Sequence record: PZ509022.1
Length of the DNA stretch: 64,000 bases
Direction: 5' to 3' (one strand)
From: a phage
The notes under the pieces are model-generated. The model worked only from the letters and a program-made list of their open reading frames with translations. It had not been told where the DNA came from and did no database searches. The position numbers were made by a program, and so were the translations under genes. Positions 1 through 10,482 of this stretch are shown piece by piece; the first letter of the stretch is position 1, and every line of letters starts with the position of its first letter.

Positions 1-49
1 CACCTGAAACTAAAACCATAAAAATTGAACCTGCTACTAAAGTTTCCAT
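1..49 (-). CDS. 5' end of a membrane-protein gene running off the window start (N-terminus METLVAGSIFMVLVSG)
   Basis: ATG at 47-49 on minus strand with GAGG Shine-Dalgarno about 7 nt upstream; hydrophobic N-terminus; partial. Confidence 0.35.
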   Translation of the reverse strand, partial: METLVAGSIFMVLVSG

Positions 50-56
50 GTTTTCC

Positions 57-437
57 TCACTTAGTCAAATTTTTTACACATGAATTATAAGAATTCACTA
101 CATACTCCATCGGAGCATTTTTACCGGTACGCCATTGGTAATTATTAGCCCAATTTGCCCAAAGCTCGGCGCAGTAGTTTTCAATTTTTTCTTCGCGTGT
201 AATTACATCAGAATTACGATATGCTTGAGCAGATTCATCTGGACGAATAGCCTCGTCAAAATTCGCCTGCATTTGTTCTACTGTCTGTTTTGGAGCTTCT
301 TTATAACACTTGACATTAGGATTATAAAACTTGCTTGAACAGTTTACAATTTTTCCTACATCAGACTGATTTACTACCGGTCCTTGAGCTACACAACCAG
401 TAAGACCTAATGCAATAACCAAAATAGCGATTTTCAT
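57..437 (-). CDS. hypothetical lipoprotein (signal peptide with lipobox LTGC)
   Basis: ORF track 126 aa; N-terminal MKIAILVIALGLTGC. Confidence 0.5.
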   Translation of the reverse strand: MKIAILVIALGLTGCVAQGPVVNQSDVGKIVNCSSKFYNPNVKCYKEAPKQTVEQMQANFDEAIRPDESAQAYRNSDVITREEKIENYCAELWANWANNYQWRTGKNAPMEYVVNSYNSCVKNLTK

Positions 438-447
438 AATAATTTCC

Positions 448-684
448 TCAAATGCAAGTAGTAATTACTCCAGTAGTGCTTATGCAGGTATTACCCATTT
501 GCACACCTAAAGATCCATTTGTATTCACATGAAGATTATCATCAATTTTAACTGATATTTTACCATTAGTGTGAATAACAGTGCTAGATTCAATCACAGG
601 TTGAGTATCATTTTCAACACTAACAAATGGAACTGCTGCTAATGCAACTAAACAAACTGCTAAGCATCCCATAACAATTTTCAT
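448..684 (-). CDS. small secreted or membrane protein
   Basis: ORF track 448..741 trimmed to internal Met (MKIVMGCLAVCLVALAAVPF signal-like); upstream residues are read-through of the early promoter repeat. Confidence 0.45.
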   Translation of the reverse strand: MKIVMGCLAVCLVALAAVPFVSVENDTQPVIESSTVIHTNGKISVKIDDNLHVNTNGSLGVQMGNTCISTTGVITTCI

Positions 685-720
685 TTTATTCTCCAAATCC
701 GTATCAGTAGTTGATAGTTG

Positions 721-751
721 TATAGTACCATGGAAGAACATTCTTGTAAAC
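721..751 (-). promoter_or_regulatory. T4-type early promoter (rc GTTTAC, 18 nt, TACTAT)
   Basis: plus tatagtacc...tgtaaac; same architecture repeated at 12 other sites. Confidence 0.55.
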
Positions 752-828
752 AGTTTTGTGAAAATTTTTTTAGGGAATTCTAAATGTCCAGAATCATCTG
801 TTTTTCATAAGTATAGATTTATATTACT

Positions 829-856
829 TGTATGAAAAAGGGACCCGGAGGTCCCT
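829..856 (-). terminator. hairpin gggacc-cgga-ggtccc followed by U-run on minus strand, downstream of gene 43
   Basis: inverted repeat plus rc CTTTTTC. Confidence 0.6.
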
Positions 857-868
857 AGATTTATTCTA

Positions 869-3565
869 TCAGCCAAACAGGAAGTCTAACGAAGCTTTTT
901 CTTCATAGTCCATACCTGCCGATTCACACATACCAGCAAGCGGTTTAACAAACGATTTTTGGAACAAAGTTGAGTAGTCAATCCAAGACAGTACATCAGA
1001 ACGAATTTCTTTTGGAAGTTCTGTACCCGACGGCCAAGCAATGCACTTATCACCAAATGGATTTCCTTCACGCAATGGAAGAACCATTACCTTATTTCCA
1101 TCCAAAATTGGAGCTACACCTAAACCGCTAACAGCTCGACGATAAGTTAGCACACCACGAATATGGAACGGACATTTAAATCCTGGCCAACCTTTATCAT
1201 CATATTTCGCTATATCGTTCGCAGTTTTTACTTCAGCAATAACTTTATAGTCAAGTTGACGATATTCTTTCTCGAAGTTCTTGTAATATTCTTGGACAGA
1301 CTCTTCACCTTCCTGAAGAATACGACGAATACTTTCTTCGAGAGCTTCTTGGACCGCTTTAGGCGTTGAACTCTGCTGAGTTTCCATACCCATGATTTTT
1401 AGATGCGGTTCAGCAAATCGCTTATCTTCCATATCATAAACGTTCAGAGCATAACGCTTTTTCGCTTTCCAAAATCCACCAACGCCCTTTGAACCAAGTG
1501 GAGGGCAAGAAATAGCTTCACGGTCCATATGCATCAGATGCTCGCGGTTATTCATATAATCACATAACTCACGATATGCAACATCAATCATAGGTTCCAT
1601 CTTTTTCTTACCGAACTGATTCATGAATTCAACTAAATCGTTCTGCTCTTTGAATCGGTCAAGACCAACTTTTTCAATAACTTTATCTACACAAACATAT
1701 ACCGAATCAGTATCACCTGCTGCGATGAAATCTTCGCCATTAGTTCCACATACTTTATTCAGATACTCATTAATTTTACGAGCAATCCACTGAATACCGA
1801 CTTGACCAAAAATTGTAATAGCAGTAGCATTTCGCAAATCATAGTAACGGAAATGAATATTACCAAGAGCACCATAAAGACTGTTAATAAGAATTTTACG
1901 GTTCAGCTGATTTGTGTTAGCAAGTGTAGCTGCTTTTTCACATTCCTCAATCAGACTATTGAGAACGGATTCGGTGTAATTCGATAGTTCATTTAAGAAA
2001 TCATCACTGAACTTAACATATCGTTCAACTTCTGGTTTAGTTGAACAAGACCCTGCGCCTTTCATAATAATCTTTTTAATAGCTTCGGCATTCATTTCTT
2101 CAGCGAACATTTTCTTTTTCCAGTCTTTACGCTGGAAAAATACTTTAGCGATTTCCTTTGGAATGATACCTTCTTGGTGCTTATCATACATCCATCCATT
2201 CGGAGAGCAAGAATATTCATCACTTGGCTTAGGAGCTGTTCCTGCGATATATTCATGAATTGGATGAACTTTAAACTGCCCACGAATAGTCTCAGGACTA
2301 ATGTTAACCTGACGAATAATGCTAGGATACAGAGACGTCAAGTCAAAACTCATAATGTATCGACGAGCAATCGGTTTAGGTTCAAACACAAATGCACCTG
2401 GAAAACTCTGTTTAACGTGCGAACCTTGTTGAGGAATAACCTTATGTTCACCTTTCAGTGAGTTAAAAATAATAGCATCCCAAGTTTTAATAGGACTCAT
2501 TACACCAGAAAAAGGCATTTTAGCGTAATAAGACATACTTAAAACTAGATCGATAAACCCACGAATTTTATCAATTGCTTGAACTGATTCTACGTCAATG
2601 ATGTTATAACTAATGTATCGTTGATGATTAGTCTCACGAAGTTTATTAATAGGACCATCGTACGGCAATTTACCTTTTTTGGTTTCATGTTGAGCAACTG
2701 ATTCCAAAGAGAACGATGGCAAATTAGTAAATGCGAACTTCTTGTATAAATCTAAATAATCAAGAATAGATACGCCATCAATAGAATAAATTTCTTTGCT
2801 ACCGTACATATTTTGAATTAGTTTAGATTTTACTCGACCGATTGGAGAGAAGCGTTTCATACTACGTTCACCGAGAACCATTTTAACACGATTCATGATA
2901 TACGGAACGTCAAATCCCTCAATATTCCAACCGGTAAAAATAGCAGGTCGTTTCTGTTCCCAGAGATTAATATATTCCATGAGCATATCACGCTCATTAT
3001 CAAATGGCATATAAATTACTCGGTCAAGAATTTCTTGAGGAACTTCATCACCACCTTCACAGTCAAGCTTAGCAGCTAACTTTGCATCCCATTTTGATAC
3101 TGAACCGTACATTGAATTCAACAAATCAAAGACGTAAAAACGATCGTCAATTGAATCATAATGAGTGATAGCATCAATTTCATATTCTGCTTTCATTGGG
3201 TCAGGAAATTTATCACCAGTAACCTCAATGTCACAGTTAGCTACACGAACAAATTTTCGGTCATAAGCAATTTCTGAACCATATGTATCACTGATATAAG
3301 CGAGTTTAAAATCGTTCATACCGAGAGCTTCGAGACCAATGTCTTCCATTCGTTTCATCCAGTCTCGTGCATCTTTCATTGATGGAAATTTTTGAGGAGC
3401 ACAATTTTTACCATAAATGTCTTTGTATTTTGACTCTTCCTTACAATGCCTAAACATAGTCGGAAGATATTCTACTTCACGGGTACGTTCCTTTCCATTT
3501 TCATCAATATAACGTTCAACAATGTTATTTCCGACTGTTTCGATAGAGATATAAAATTCTTTCAT
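869..3565 (-). CDS. 43: DNA polymerase (family B, T4 gp43), 898 aa
   Basis: 898 aa, length and sequence as I recall T4 gp43; exo and polymerase motifs (FDIE, YGDTDS). Confidence 0.97.
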   Translation of the reverse strand: MKEFYISIETVGNNIVERYIDENGKERTREVEYLPTMFRHCKEESKYKDIYGKNCAPQKFPSMKDARDWMKRMEDIGLEALGMNDFKLAYISDTYGSEIAYDRKFVRVANCDIEVTGDKFPDPMKAEYEIDAITHYDSIDDRFYVFDLLNSMYGSVSKWDAKLAAKLDCEGGDEVPQEILDRVIYMPFDNERDMLMEYINLWEQKRPAIFTGWNIEGFDVPYIMNRVKMVLGERSMKRFSPIGRVKSKLIQNMYGSKEIYSIDGVSILDYLDLYKKFAFTNLPSFSLESVAQHETKKGKLPYDGPINKLRETNHQRYISYNIIDVESVQAIDKIRGFIDLVLSMSYYAKMPFSGVMSPIKTWDAIIFNSLKGEHKVIPQQGSHVKQSFPGAFVFEPKPIARRYIMSFDLTSLYPSIIRQVNISPETIRGQFKVHPIHEYIAGTAPKPSDEYSCSPNGWMYDKHQEGIIPKEIAKVFFQRKDWKKKMFAEEMNAEAIKKIIMKGAGSCSTKPEVERYVKFSDDFLNELSNYTESVLNSLIEECEKAATLANTNQLNRKILINSLYGALGNIHFRYYDLRNATAITIFGQVGIQWIARKINEYLNKVCGTNGEDFIAAGDTDSVYVCVDKVIEKVGLDRFKEQNDLVEFMNQFGKKKMEPMIDVAYRELCDYMNNREHLMHMDREAISCPPLGSKGVGGFWKAKKRYALNVYDMEDKRFAEPHLKIMGMETQQSSTPKAVQEALEESIRRILQEGEESVQEYYKNFEKEYRQLDYKVIAEVKTANDIAKYDDKGWPGFKCPFHIRGVLTYRRAVSGLGVAPILDGNKVMVLPLREGNPFGDKCIAWPSGTELPKEIRSDVLSWIDYSTLFQKSFVKPLAGMCESAGMDYEEKASLDFLFG

Positions 3566-3625
3566 AGATATTCCTTAGTTTATAGCCCGAGTTATTAGGC
3601 TCTTGATATATATTATACTCCAAAT

Positions 3626-3643
3626 AAGGGGCCGAAGCCCCTT
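3626..3643 (-). terminator. UUCG-loop hairpin aaggggc-cgaa-gcccctt
   Basis: perfect inverted repeat; rc loop UUCG. Confidence 0.45.
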
Positions 3644-3645
3644 GC

Positions 3646-3867
3646 TTAAATTAATACCAGTTGTCGGTGAAAAATTGTTAATCCATCTGCATTAATTGAC
3701 TTAACCACTGCGGTAAAGTGTTTTTGTTCTGGGTGAACTAATTTTTGAAATTCTACCTGAAATTTTAGTTGGAGGTTTTCTGGTAAATCAAAAAGTGTTT
3801 CTGTTGCAGAAAGATTATATTTTTCTTTAAGAGACGCCATGTATTCTTGCGGAGTTATAGCAGTCAT
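3646..3867 (-). CDS. hypothetical protein between regA and gene 43
   Basis: ORF 3646..3909 trimmed to Met just after regA stop. Confidence 0.4.
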   Translation of the reverse strand: MTAITPQEYMASLKEKYNLSATETLFDLPENLQLKFQVEFQKLVHPEQKHFTAVVKSINADGLTIFHRQLVLI

Positions 3868-3868
3868 A

Positions 3869-4237
3869 TTAATTACCAATCGTATATTTAGGAACGAGTT
3901 TCCATTCATGCTTTTGTTTAAAAGAAATAACTCGGAAGTTATTAGTTAAATCTTTCATAAAAGTTCTTTGACCAGGAACGATTTCAATCAGTCCCCAATC
4001 TTCTAATAGCCATGCAATCGAATCACGACGAACTTCATCTTCTTCTGTCATTTCAACTTGGCGACCATCCATACGAAGCATTTCTTTAAAATGAACGATA
4101 TAATATAGTCCTTTTTTCTGAAGAATATGACAGGACTGATACAGAACTTTATCTTTATTATTAGCAATTCCCATACGAGTCAAAGTTTCTTTTACTTTCA
4201 GAAAATCTTCAGGTTTTTTAAGAGTAATTTCAATCAT
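3869..4237 (-). CDS. regA: translational repressor RegA (122 aa)
   Basis: 122 aa, position between gp62 and gp43 as in T4. Confidence 0.88.
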   Translation of the reverse strand: MIEITLKKPEDFLKVKETLTRMGIANNKDKVLYQSCHILQKKGLYYIVHFKEMLRMDGRQVEMTEEDEVRRDSIAWLLEDWGLIEIVPGQRTFMKDLTNNFRVISFKQKHEWKLVPKYTIGN

Positions 4238-4238
4238 T

Positions 4239-4802
4239 TTACCATTCCAATGCTAGTTTTTTGAGTTGTTTCTGTTCTTTTACGTTCTTAGTCACTTCTT
4301 TCAAAAAATCATCCGTGACTAAACCTTTAAGTTCTTTTAATACTAAAGGTAGTTTTCCATTTTTAGTAAGAATTGATTTATAGTTAATTGCATCATTTGT
4401 ATTAACTTGATACCGTTTAGTAAGTAACTTAATAATCAATACTTCGGTGGAATCTTCAACCAGTTTTGCCCATTTACCATATCTTTTACCACGAGGAACT
4501 GCAGCCATTAGATAATTAAAATGAGCTTCATCACTTAATCCAGAACCGATTAAATTCATTGCATATACAGCTGGCATGCATTCTGGAAATTGTGATAATG
4601 CATTTTCAACCATGAATTTTGAATAATCTTTTTGAGCAATAGAGCATTTAGTTTTATTATTGATAGCTCCAATTATTTCAAAAAATTCATTTTCGGCTTT
4701 TTCTTTAAAAGAATCAGCAGCGGATTGGACAGCTGTCCAATCTTTTGAATACCAAGCAATCTGATGCTCGTTTAATTGAATATCATCTTCAAATAAGCTC
4801 AT
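4239..4802 (-). CDS. 62: clamp loader small subunit gp62 (187 aa)
   Basis: length and synteny with 44/45. Confidence 0.88.
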   Translation of the reverse strand: MSLFEDDIQLNEHQIAWYSKDWTAVQSAADSFKEKAENEFFEIIGAINNKTKCSIAQKDYSKFMVENALSQFPECMPAVYAMNLIGSGLSDEAHFNYLMAAVPRGKRYGKWAKLVEDSTEVLIIKLLTKRYQVNTNDAINYKSILTKNGKLPLVLKELKGLVTDDFLKEVTKNVKEQKQLKKLALEW

Positions 4803-4803
4803 A

Positions 4804-5763
4804 TCACTTCCACTGCATTTCGCACGCTAATTGAATGAAAAGATATGCTAAATGTAATTCCGTATTAGCTGCAATACCATGATACTGGTTATTTTCACCA
4901 ACAATTTCATACATACGAATAATACTTTGCGGAGTTACGCGTGTATAGATTTCTTCGGCAAGTTTACCCACGAACCACGAATAATCAGCTGCATATTTTG
5001 GTGCTAAAGCTCTGAGTTGTTTAACATCTTTATTTTTGAGAGACTCAAGAACATCATCAATAGCACCACGATCGTTAGTAACCAGTGATAAAATACCAGC
5101 ATCCAAAACACCTTTAGATGAATAACTATCGAGCTCGCCAATAGTTTTACGAAAATCAGGAAAATTCTTTTTAACCAAAGCTGCTACAACTTTCATATCA
5201 GCTATAGCAATTCCTTCATGCTTACAGATTTCAGTCAATCGACGAATCATCTGCTTCATCATTTCAATTTTATCTTCATCGGTCGGTTGACCGAATGTAA
5301 TAACTCGACAGCGTGACTGAAGTGGTTTAATAATACCATCAATATTGTTAGCAGTAATAATAATACTACAGTTTGAACTATAAGCTTCCATAAAGGAACG
5401 AAGATGTCGCTGAGACTCTGCTAACCCTGAGCGGTCAAATTCATCAATAACGATTACTTTTTGACGACCATCAAATGAAGCGGCGCTGGCAAAATTAGTC
5501 AAAGGACCACGAACGAAATCAATTTTACAATCTGACCCATTCACAAACATCATATCAGCATTTACATCATGACACAATGCTTTTGCTACAGTTGTTTTAC
5601 CTGTTCCTGGAGAAGGAGAATGAAGAATAATATGTGGAATCTTACCTTTACTTGTAATAGATTTAAAGGTTTCTTTATCAAAGGCGGGAAGAATACATTC
5701 ATCGATAGTAGATGGACGATATTTCTGTTCAAGAATGTGTTCTTTTTCATTTACGGTAATCAT
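4804..5763 (-). CDS. 44: clamp loader ATPase gp44 (319 aa)
   Basis: Walker [15 protein letters not shown] Walker B; start set at MITVNEK. Confidence 0.93.
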   Translation of the reverse strand: MITVNEKEHILEQKYRPSTIDECILPAFDKETFKSITSKGKIPHIILHSPSPGTGKTTVAKALCHDVNADMMFVNGSDCKIDFVRGPLTNFASAASFDGRQKVIVIDEFDRSGLAESQRHLRSFMEAYSSNCSIIITANNIDGIIKPLQSRCRVITFGQPTDEDKIEMMKQMIRRLTEICKHEGIAIADMKVVAALVKKNFPDFRKTIGELDSYSSKGVLDAGILSLVTNDRGAIDDVLESLKNKDVKQLRALAPKYAADYSWFVGKLAEEIYTRVTPQSIIRMYEIVGENNQYHGIAANTELHLAYLFIQLACEMQWK

Positions 5764-5796
5764 AATTTCCTCATTCAAGTTTTAGTGTAAATTATA

Positions 5797-5812
5797 AAGG
5801 GCCGAAGCCCTC
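5797..5812 (-). terminator. UUCG-loop hairpin agggc-cgaa-gccct after gene 45
   Basis: inverted repeat. Confidence 0.45.
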
Positions 5813-5814
5813 TA

Positions 5815-6501
5815 TTAAAAATCGTGGGTAGAATCAGCTTCAAGAGCTACTACATAATTCGCGTGTTCACCTTCAAATTTAGCAGCGCCTTGTTTACCTT
5901 TTGCCCAGAGCAGAAGTTTATAATTTCCTGGTTGCATTTTCATATTTGCCATATTGATAATGAAATTAAATGTGTTTTCACCATCATAATCACCAAGAGT
6001 CAAAGAATATTTAACACGAGTCAAAGCAGAATCTTCTACTTTATTAAAACCGTTAATTACGATTTTACCTTCTTTTACCGTGATAGCAATTGTATCAATT
6101 TGCAGACCACGAGATACACGCAACAGTTGTTGAAGGTCTTCAGCTTTAATTTCAGTAACAACAGATGCTACCGGGAATGGAATTGGTTTATTAGGAGCAA
6201 CTACTGTACTCGGATCGGCTGCTGGCCAAAAAATTGTTGAGCGGGCATCAGCAATTTTAATATTTCCATCTTCTGACTGGGAAATTTCTGCATCATCATT
6301 AACTAGAGACAGAATACCGAGAAAACCGTTCAAATCGTAAATTGCTACATCAAAATCAATAACGTCAGAAATATTTGCTTCCGCATAAGTTGTACCATTA
6401 ACTGCGCGAGTCATAATAAATTGACCGGATTTAAGCATAATACCAGAGTTAATAGTAGCGAAATTTTTGAGCAGAGCAGTAGTATCTTTAGACAGTTTCA
6501 T
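5815..6501 (-). CDS. 45: sliding clamp gp45 (228 aa)
   Basis: 228 aa, synteny. Confidence 0.93.
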   Translation of the reverse strand: MKLSKDTTALLKNFATINSGIMLKSGQFIMTRAVNGTTYAEANISDVIDFDVAIYDLNGFLGILSLVNDDAEISQSEDGNIKIADARSTIFWPAADPSTVVAPNKPIPFPVASVVTEIKAEDLQQLLRVSRGLQIDTIAITVKEGKIVINGFNKVEDSALTRVKYSLTLGDYDGENTFNFIINMANMKMQPGNYKLLLWAKGKQGAAKFEGEHANYVVALEADSTHDF

Positions 6502-6556
6502 GTAATTTCCTTCAATTCAAATGAGATTTAATTTTATAACTAATTTAATAAAGCAA

Positions 6557-6946
6557 TTAACGATTAAAATCAGCCGCAATTGTTTCCGCAACAATTTGAG
6601 CAGCAACAATTAGACGTTCATCTGCATTACCGCAATAATCATCTTCAAGACGTTCACCACATGAAGTCATAATAAATTTAGCACCGGCGTTTAGGGATTC
6701 TGTAGTATGTTTGCGCATTAGTTCAATCCATTTATTACTTACTTCACGATCGATAGCTTCATAATACGCATGACGAGCAGGTGCAGATTTAATTTTGTTC
6801 TGAATAACTTCCATTGCGTTATCAGAAAGAGACAAAACCCATGCTCGACGAATTTTATTTTGGTTTTGTGGATTTGATTCAGAACGCACGTGTTTTGGCT
6901 GAATATCTTTTACATCAACGTTATAATTCACAGTAATTTTAGTCAT
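6557..6946 (-). CDS. rpbA: RNA polymerase binding protein RpbA (129 aa)
   Basis: 129 aa, position downstream of 45. Confidence 0.75.
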   Translation of the reverse strand: MTKITVNYNVDVKDIQPKHVRSESNPQNQNKIRRAWVLSLSDNAMEVIQNKIKSAPARHAYYEAIDREVSNKWIELMRKHTTESLNAGAKFIMTSCGERLEDDYCGNADERLIVAAQIVAETIAADFNR

Positions 6947-6955
6947 AATACACCT

Positions 6956-7144
6956 TTAGTCATAATAATCAGTAACAGTCCAAGCTTCATTTCTATTGGA
7001 CATTATTTTTGTATATTCTGCTTTAAATGCATTCCTAAGCATAGATTCAGTAACTATATGCTCTTCATTAGAAAAATTATTTCTCAGAATATATCGTTTT
7101 ATTTCAGGAATAGTTAATAGATGCTGTCCAGTTGAATATTCCAT
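6956..7144 (-). CDS. small protein 45.2-like (62 aa)
   Basis: 62 aa ORF at the T4 45.2 position. Confidence 0.55.
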   Translation of the reverse strand: MEYSTGQHLLTIPEIKRYILRNNFSNEEHIVTESMLRNAFKAEYTKIMSNRNEAWTVTDYYD

Positions 7145-7161
7145 GTTTTTCCTCCATAGAG

Positions 7162-7186
7162 ATTATACTCTAATAAATTAAAGCAT
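7162..7186 (-). promoter_or_regulatory. MotA-dependent middle promoter candidate (rc TGCTTTA box plus TATAAT)
   Basis: plus attatac (rc TATAAT) and aaagca (rc TGCTTT) about 18 nt apart. Confidence 0.45.
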
Positions 7187-7199
7187 AATCTCTTATAAA

Positions 7200-8882
7200 T
7201 TAAACCATTACAGTAAATCGACCAACTTTCTTCATTTGAAGATGCTGACCGTATGCTTGTGGGTCATGGTCTCTATGCGAAATAACAAAAACATTAGTAT
7301 TTTTTAAACTATCTAAAATAGTTGAAATAGCTTTTACACCTTCAACGTCGGTCGCTGAATCAAAAACTTCATCAAGAATTAGTGTGTTTATTTTAACACC
7401 TGAAACTTTTTCAGCAATATCACGCCAAGTAAATAAAATAGCAATATCAATTCGTGCTTTTTCACCTTGACTGAATGAAGCATAACTAAAATCTTCACGA
7501 CCACGGGATTTAATTGTCTCATTAAATTCTTCATCTAATGTAAACACATAATCCGCTTCCATTATTTTAAGATAATAGTTAATCTGCTTATTAAATAATG
7601 GAATGTACTTTTTAATAATAGCACCTTTAATACCAGAATCTTTGAGCATATCAGTCAAAATTCCTCGGTGGTATTTTTCCATTACTAAATTAGTTTTTGT
7701 CTTAACAATTTTATCAAGTTCTTCTTGAAGCAGTGCTATTTCATCAGCATGGTCAATAAACTCAGAAGATGCTTTTTCTATAGCCGCTTTAACTTTTTTA
7801 GCTTTATCTACTGCTGCGATCAGAGATTGCTTTTTATTGCGAATATCATTTGCCAACGACTGCTGAGTTTTAATATTATCTCGGTATTCATCAACAAGAA
7901 CTTTTAAATTATCACGATGTGTTGAAAGCTGTTCAAACGAATGCGTGCATTCAGAAACTTTATCTTTAATTTTAGAAACAACTTTATCACCGGAACTCAA
8001 TTGTGACAAACAGGTTGGACATAATCCACCTTCGTGATACATATTAATGACTTTATTATACGAGTCAATTTTTGATTTAATTAAAACTGCTTCTTGACCG
8101 ATTTTATTAAATGCATCAGTCGGGTCTTCATCTAAAACAATATTAACTAATCTTTCATTAGCTTCTTCTATTTCCGATTTTAGCGTTCTAGCTTCTTTTG
8201 CCAAATCATCATACATATTTTGCAGACGAGTAAGGTTGTCACCAGTTAATTTTTTCTGGCGTTCAACATTATCATTATATATTTTAATTTGTTGGATAAT
8301 ACTATCTTTTTTAACATCAAGCACTTGGTTTTGTGAATTTAATTCACGTATTAGTGCTTTATTAAGCTTATCCATTTCAGCTAATGTTCCTACCTCAAGC
8401 AGGTCTTCCACAAGCTTTCTTCGTGCAGGGGTCGACAAACCCATGAAAGGGGTATACCCTGCTGTACCAAGGACAACAATCTGCTTGAAACTGGCATATG
8501 ACATTCCGATAAGCTGTTCAAATTCTGCTTGGAAATCTTTACTGCTGGCAGATTCATTAAGACGTGTACCGTTAACGGTGATTTCAAAAACGTTCGGTTT
8601 TTGTCCTCTTTTGATATAGTACTTTTTCTCATCATATTCCATCCACAGTTCAACTAAAAGTTCTTTCTTATTTGTGCTGTTTATTAATTGACCTTTCTTT
8701 ACATCACGAAATGGCTTGCCAAAAAGCCCAAATGTGATGGCTTCTAACATAGTAGACTTACCACCGCCATTTCGGCCAGTAATAAGAGTTTTTTGAACCT
8801 TATCTAATTGAATGTCAATCCCATTTTGACCAACTGACATTATATTTTTATATTTTACTCTATTAAGTTTAAAATTCTTCAC
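7200..8882 (-). CDS. 46: recombination endonuclease subunit gp46 (Rad50/SbcC-like, 560 aa)
   Basis: N-terminal P-loop GRNGGGKST, long coiled coil, C-terminal signature/D-loop. Confidence 0.93.
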   Translation of the reverse strand: MKNFKLNRVKYKNIMSVGQNGIDIQLDKVQKTLITGRNGGGKSTMLEAITFGLFGKPFRDVKKGQLINSTNKKELLVELWMEYDEKKYYIKRGQKPNVFEITVNGTRLNESASSKDFQAEFEQLIGMSYASFKQIVVLGTAGYTPFMGLSTPARRKLVEDLLEVGTLAEMDKLNKALIRELNSQNQVLDVKKDSIIQQIKIYNDNVERQKKLTGDNLTRLQNMYDDLAKEARTLKSEIEEANERLVNIVLDEDPTDAFNKIGQEAVLIKSKIDSYNKVINMYHEGGLCPTCLSQLSSGDKVVSKIKDKVSECTHSFEQLSTHRDNLKVLVDEYRDNIKTQQSLANDIRNKKQSLIAAVDKAKKVKAAIEKASSEFIDHADEIALLQEELDKIVKTKTNLVMEKYHRGILTDMLKDSGIKGAIIKKYIPLFNKQINYYLKIMEADYVFTLDEEFNETIKSRGREDFSYASFSQGEKARIDIAILFTWRDIAEKVSGVKINTLILDEVFDSATDVEGVKAISTILDSLKNTNVFVISHRDHDPQAYGQHLQMKKVGRFTVMV

Positions 8883-9094
8883 AAAAGATTCCTTTTAATG
8901 TATCTTTTAGACCATTCTATCATATCATCATAATCTAAAAAGTATTCATCAAATTCAGCCATGCAAACAACACCTTGTGCTGCTTTTGATGTGATATAAA
9001 TTATTCCAACATATCTAGAATCTTCTTCGGTATAATCAATATTTGCTATGAATTCATCATTAATGTCAAATGTCGAAAACTTCACAGTATGCAT
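8879..9094 (-). CDS. hypothetical protein (46.1 position)
   Basis: ORF 8879..9142 trimmed to internal Met. Confidence 0.45.
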   Translation of the reverse strand: MHTVKFSTFDINDEFIANIDYTEEDSRYVGIIYITSKAAQGVVCMAEFDEYFLDYDDMIEWSKRYIKRNLL

Positions 9095-9329
9095 CCTTAA
9101 TACAAGATACAGCCATATCTCGTAATGATTTAGGCGTGTCATTATCTAAAATGTTGAAGTTAAAAGATACAGCCCAGTCAGTGCAGACTGTAACCTTTTT
9201 AATACAATTATCTTCAACCTCTAGTGGTTCAAACCAATATTCAATAATTTCTTTATGACCAATATCATCTTTTACTTCACATTCAAAATGCTGACTCATC
9301 ACAACATTTTTAAATTCATCAAAAGTCAT
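9066..9329 (-). CDS. hypothetical protein (46.2 position)
   Basis: 87 aa ORF overlapping gp47 stop. Confidence 0.45.
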   Translation of the reverse strand: MTFDEFKNVVMSQHFECEVKDDIGHKEIIEYWFEPLEVEDNCIKKVTVCTDWAVSFNFNILDNDTPKSLRDMAVSCIKDAYCEVFDI

Positions 9330-10345
9330 TGTGTTGCCTCTACATATAACTGATTTGCATATTGAATAAGTGCTTCACGGTCAGAATCAGTGATGTCTGG
9401 AATTGCATTAATGTATTCTTCCATCAATGTCTGAAGAGATTGAACTTCAACTTCTTCACTGTCATCTGACTCGACAGAGTTATCAATTTTTGACACAACT
9501 CGTAATGAATGCACAACTTTTTCTAGTTCAGATTCGAACTTCGTCAGATTTTTGTCTACCTCAGTTACTATAACACGTACTGATAGATTTGTAAAATCTT
9601 TATAGTCAATTTTTCCTTTAAATGGATAATGAATTCTACGATGCCAGGTAGTATTGTTTGGAATAAATTCCATTCGTTCTGTTTCTGTATCAAACATCCA
9701 GAACCCACGAGGGTCATTCTCGTCACCTGCAGTTAGTGTCCATGGTGTCCCAATGTATCTGACGTTTGCAGCCTCAGAGATAGTATGGAAGTGACCAGAC
9801 CACACCTCTTTATAAGTCTTAAGGAAATCAGGTTCAAGACCGTGAGATTTCATTCCTTTATAAAAATAAAATCCATTCAGTTCCCAGTGACCAACACAAA
9901 AAGAAGCAGATGAAGTTTTGATGTGCTCAAGAATTTCACCAGTATTTTCTTCGCACATCCAAGGAATTAAATCAATTAAACATCCGTCAAAATCGACTGT
10001 AGTAGGCTTATCATATACTTTAACATTAGGATATTTAGCCAAAAGCTCAGTAGAAGCATTTGGGGTTAAAGTATTTTTAAAGTGCATATCATGGTTTCCT
10101 ACAACAGTATGTAGGGTAATACCAGCATCATCAAGCATTTGAACTATTTCACGGGCGAACTCCATAGTTTTATGTGTGATTGCTTTTCGCACATCAAAAA
10201 TATCGCCATATTGAATCCATGTAGTAATTCCATTTTTCTTAGAATATTCTATTGCTTGTTTAATTCCATCCAACTGAATAGATTGAACCCACTCATCATC
10301 GGCTTTAACGCCTAAATGCCAATCACCTAAATTTAAAATTTTCAT
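9326..10345 (-). CDS. 47: recombination nuclease gp47 (Mre11/SbcD-like, 339 aa)
   Basis: phosphoesterase motifs (GDWH, GNHD, GHWE). Confidence 0.93.
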   Translation of the reverse strand: MKILNLGDWHLGVKADDEWVQSIQLDGIKQAIEYSKKNGITTWIQYGDIFDVRKAITHKTMEFAREIVQMLDDAGITLHTVVGNHDMHFKNTLTPNASTELLAKYPNVKVYDKPTTVDFDGCLIDLIPWMCEENTGEILEHIKTSSASFCVGHWELNGFYFYKGMKSHGLEPDFLKTYKEVWSGHFHTISEAANVRYIGTPWTLTAGDENDPRGFWMFDTETERMEFIPNNTTWHRRIHYPFKGKIDYKDFTNLSVRVIVTEVDKNLTKFESELEKVVHSLRVVSKIDNSVESDDSEEVEVQSLQTLMEEYINAIPDITDSDREALIQYANQLYVEATQ

Positions 10346-10482
10346 ATATCAAGAACCGTCATTGAAATGCAAAATAAAATTATTGAAATAAATCCATCTG
10401 GAGTGCTAAAGAACCCAATCCAACATGCTCTAGTGAATAGATAAAATGCAAGAAAAAGTATCACATATCCAAGAAATATCAT
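10342..10482 (-). CDS. small hydrophobic protein (46 aa, 47.1 position)
   Basis: hand-translated MIFLGYVILFLAFYLF...; start overlaps nothing, stop overlaps gp47 start (ATGA); below ORF-track cutoff. Confidence 0.3.
   Translation of the reverse strand: MIFLGYVILFLAFYLFTRACWIGFFSTPDGFISIILFCISMTVLDI

Noticed and set aside
685-741. N-terminal extension MFFHGTIQLSTTDT... shared by ORFs at 448..741 and 42349..42732
   Set aside because: The shared peptide is a translation of the repeated early-promoter block; true starts are the internal Met codons downstream of the promoter
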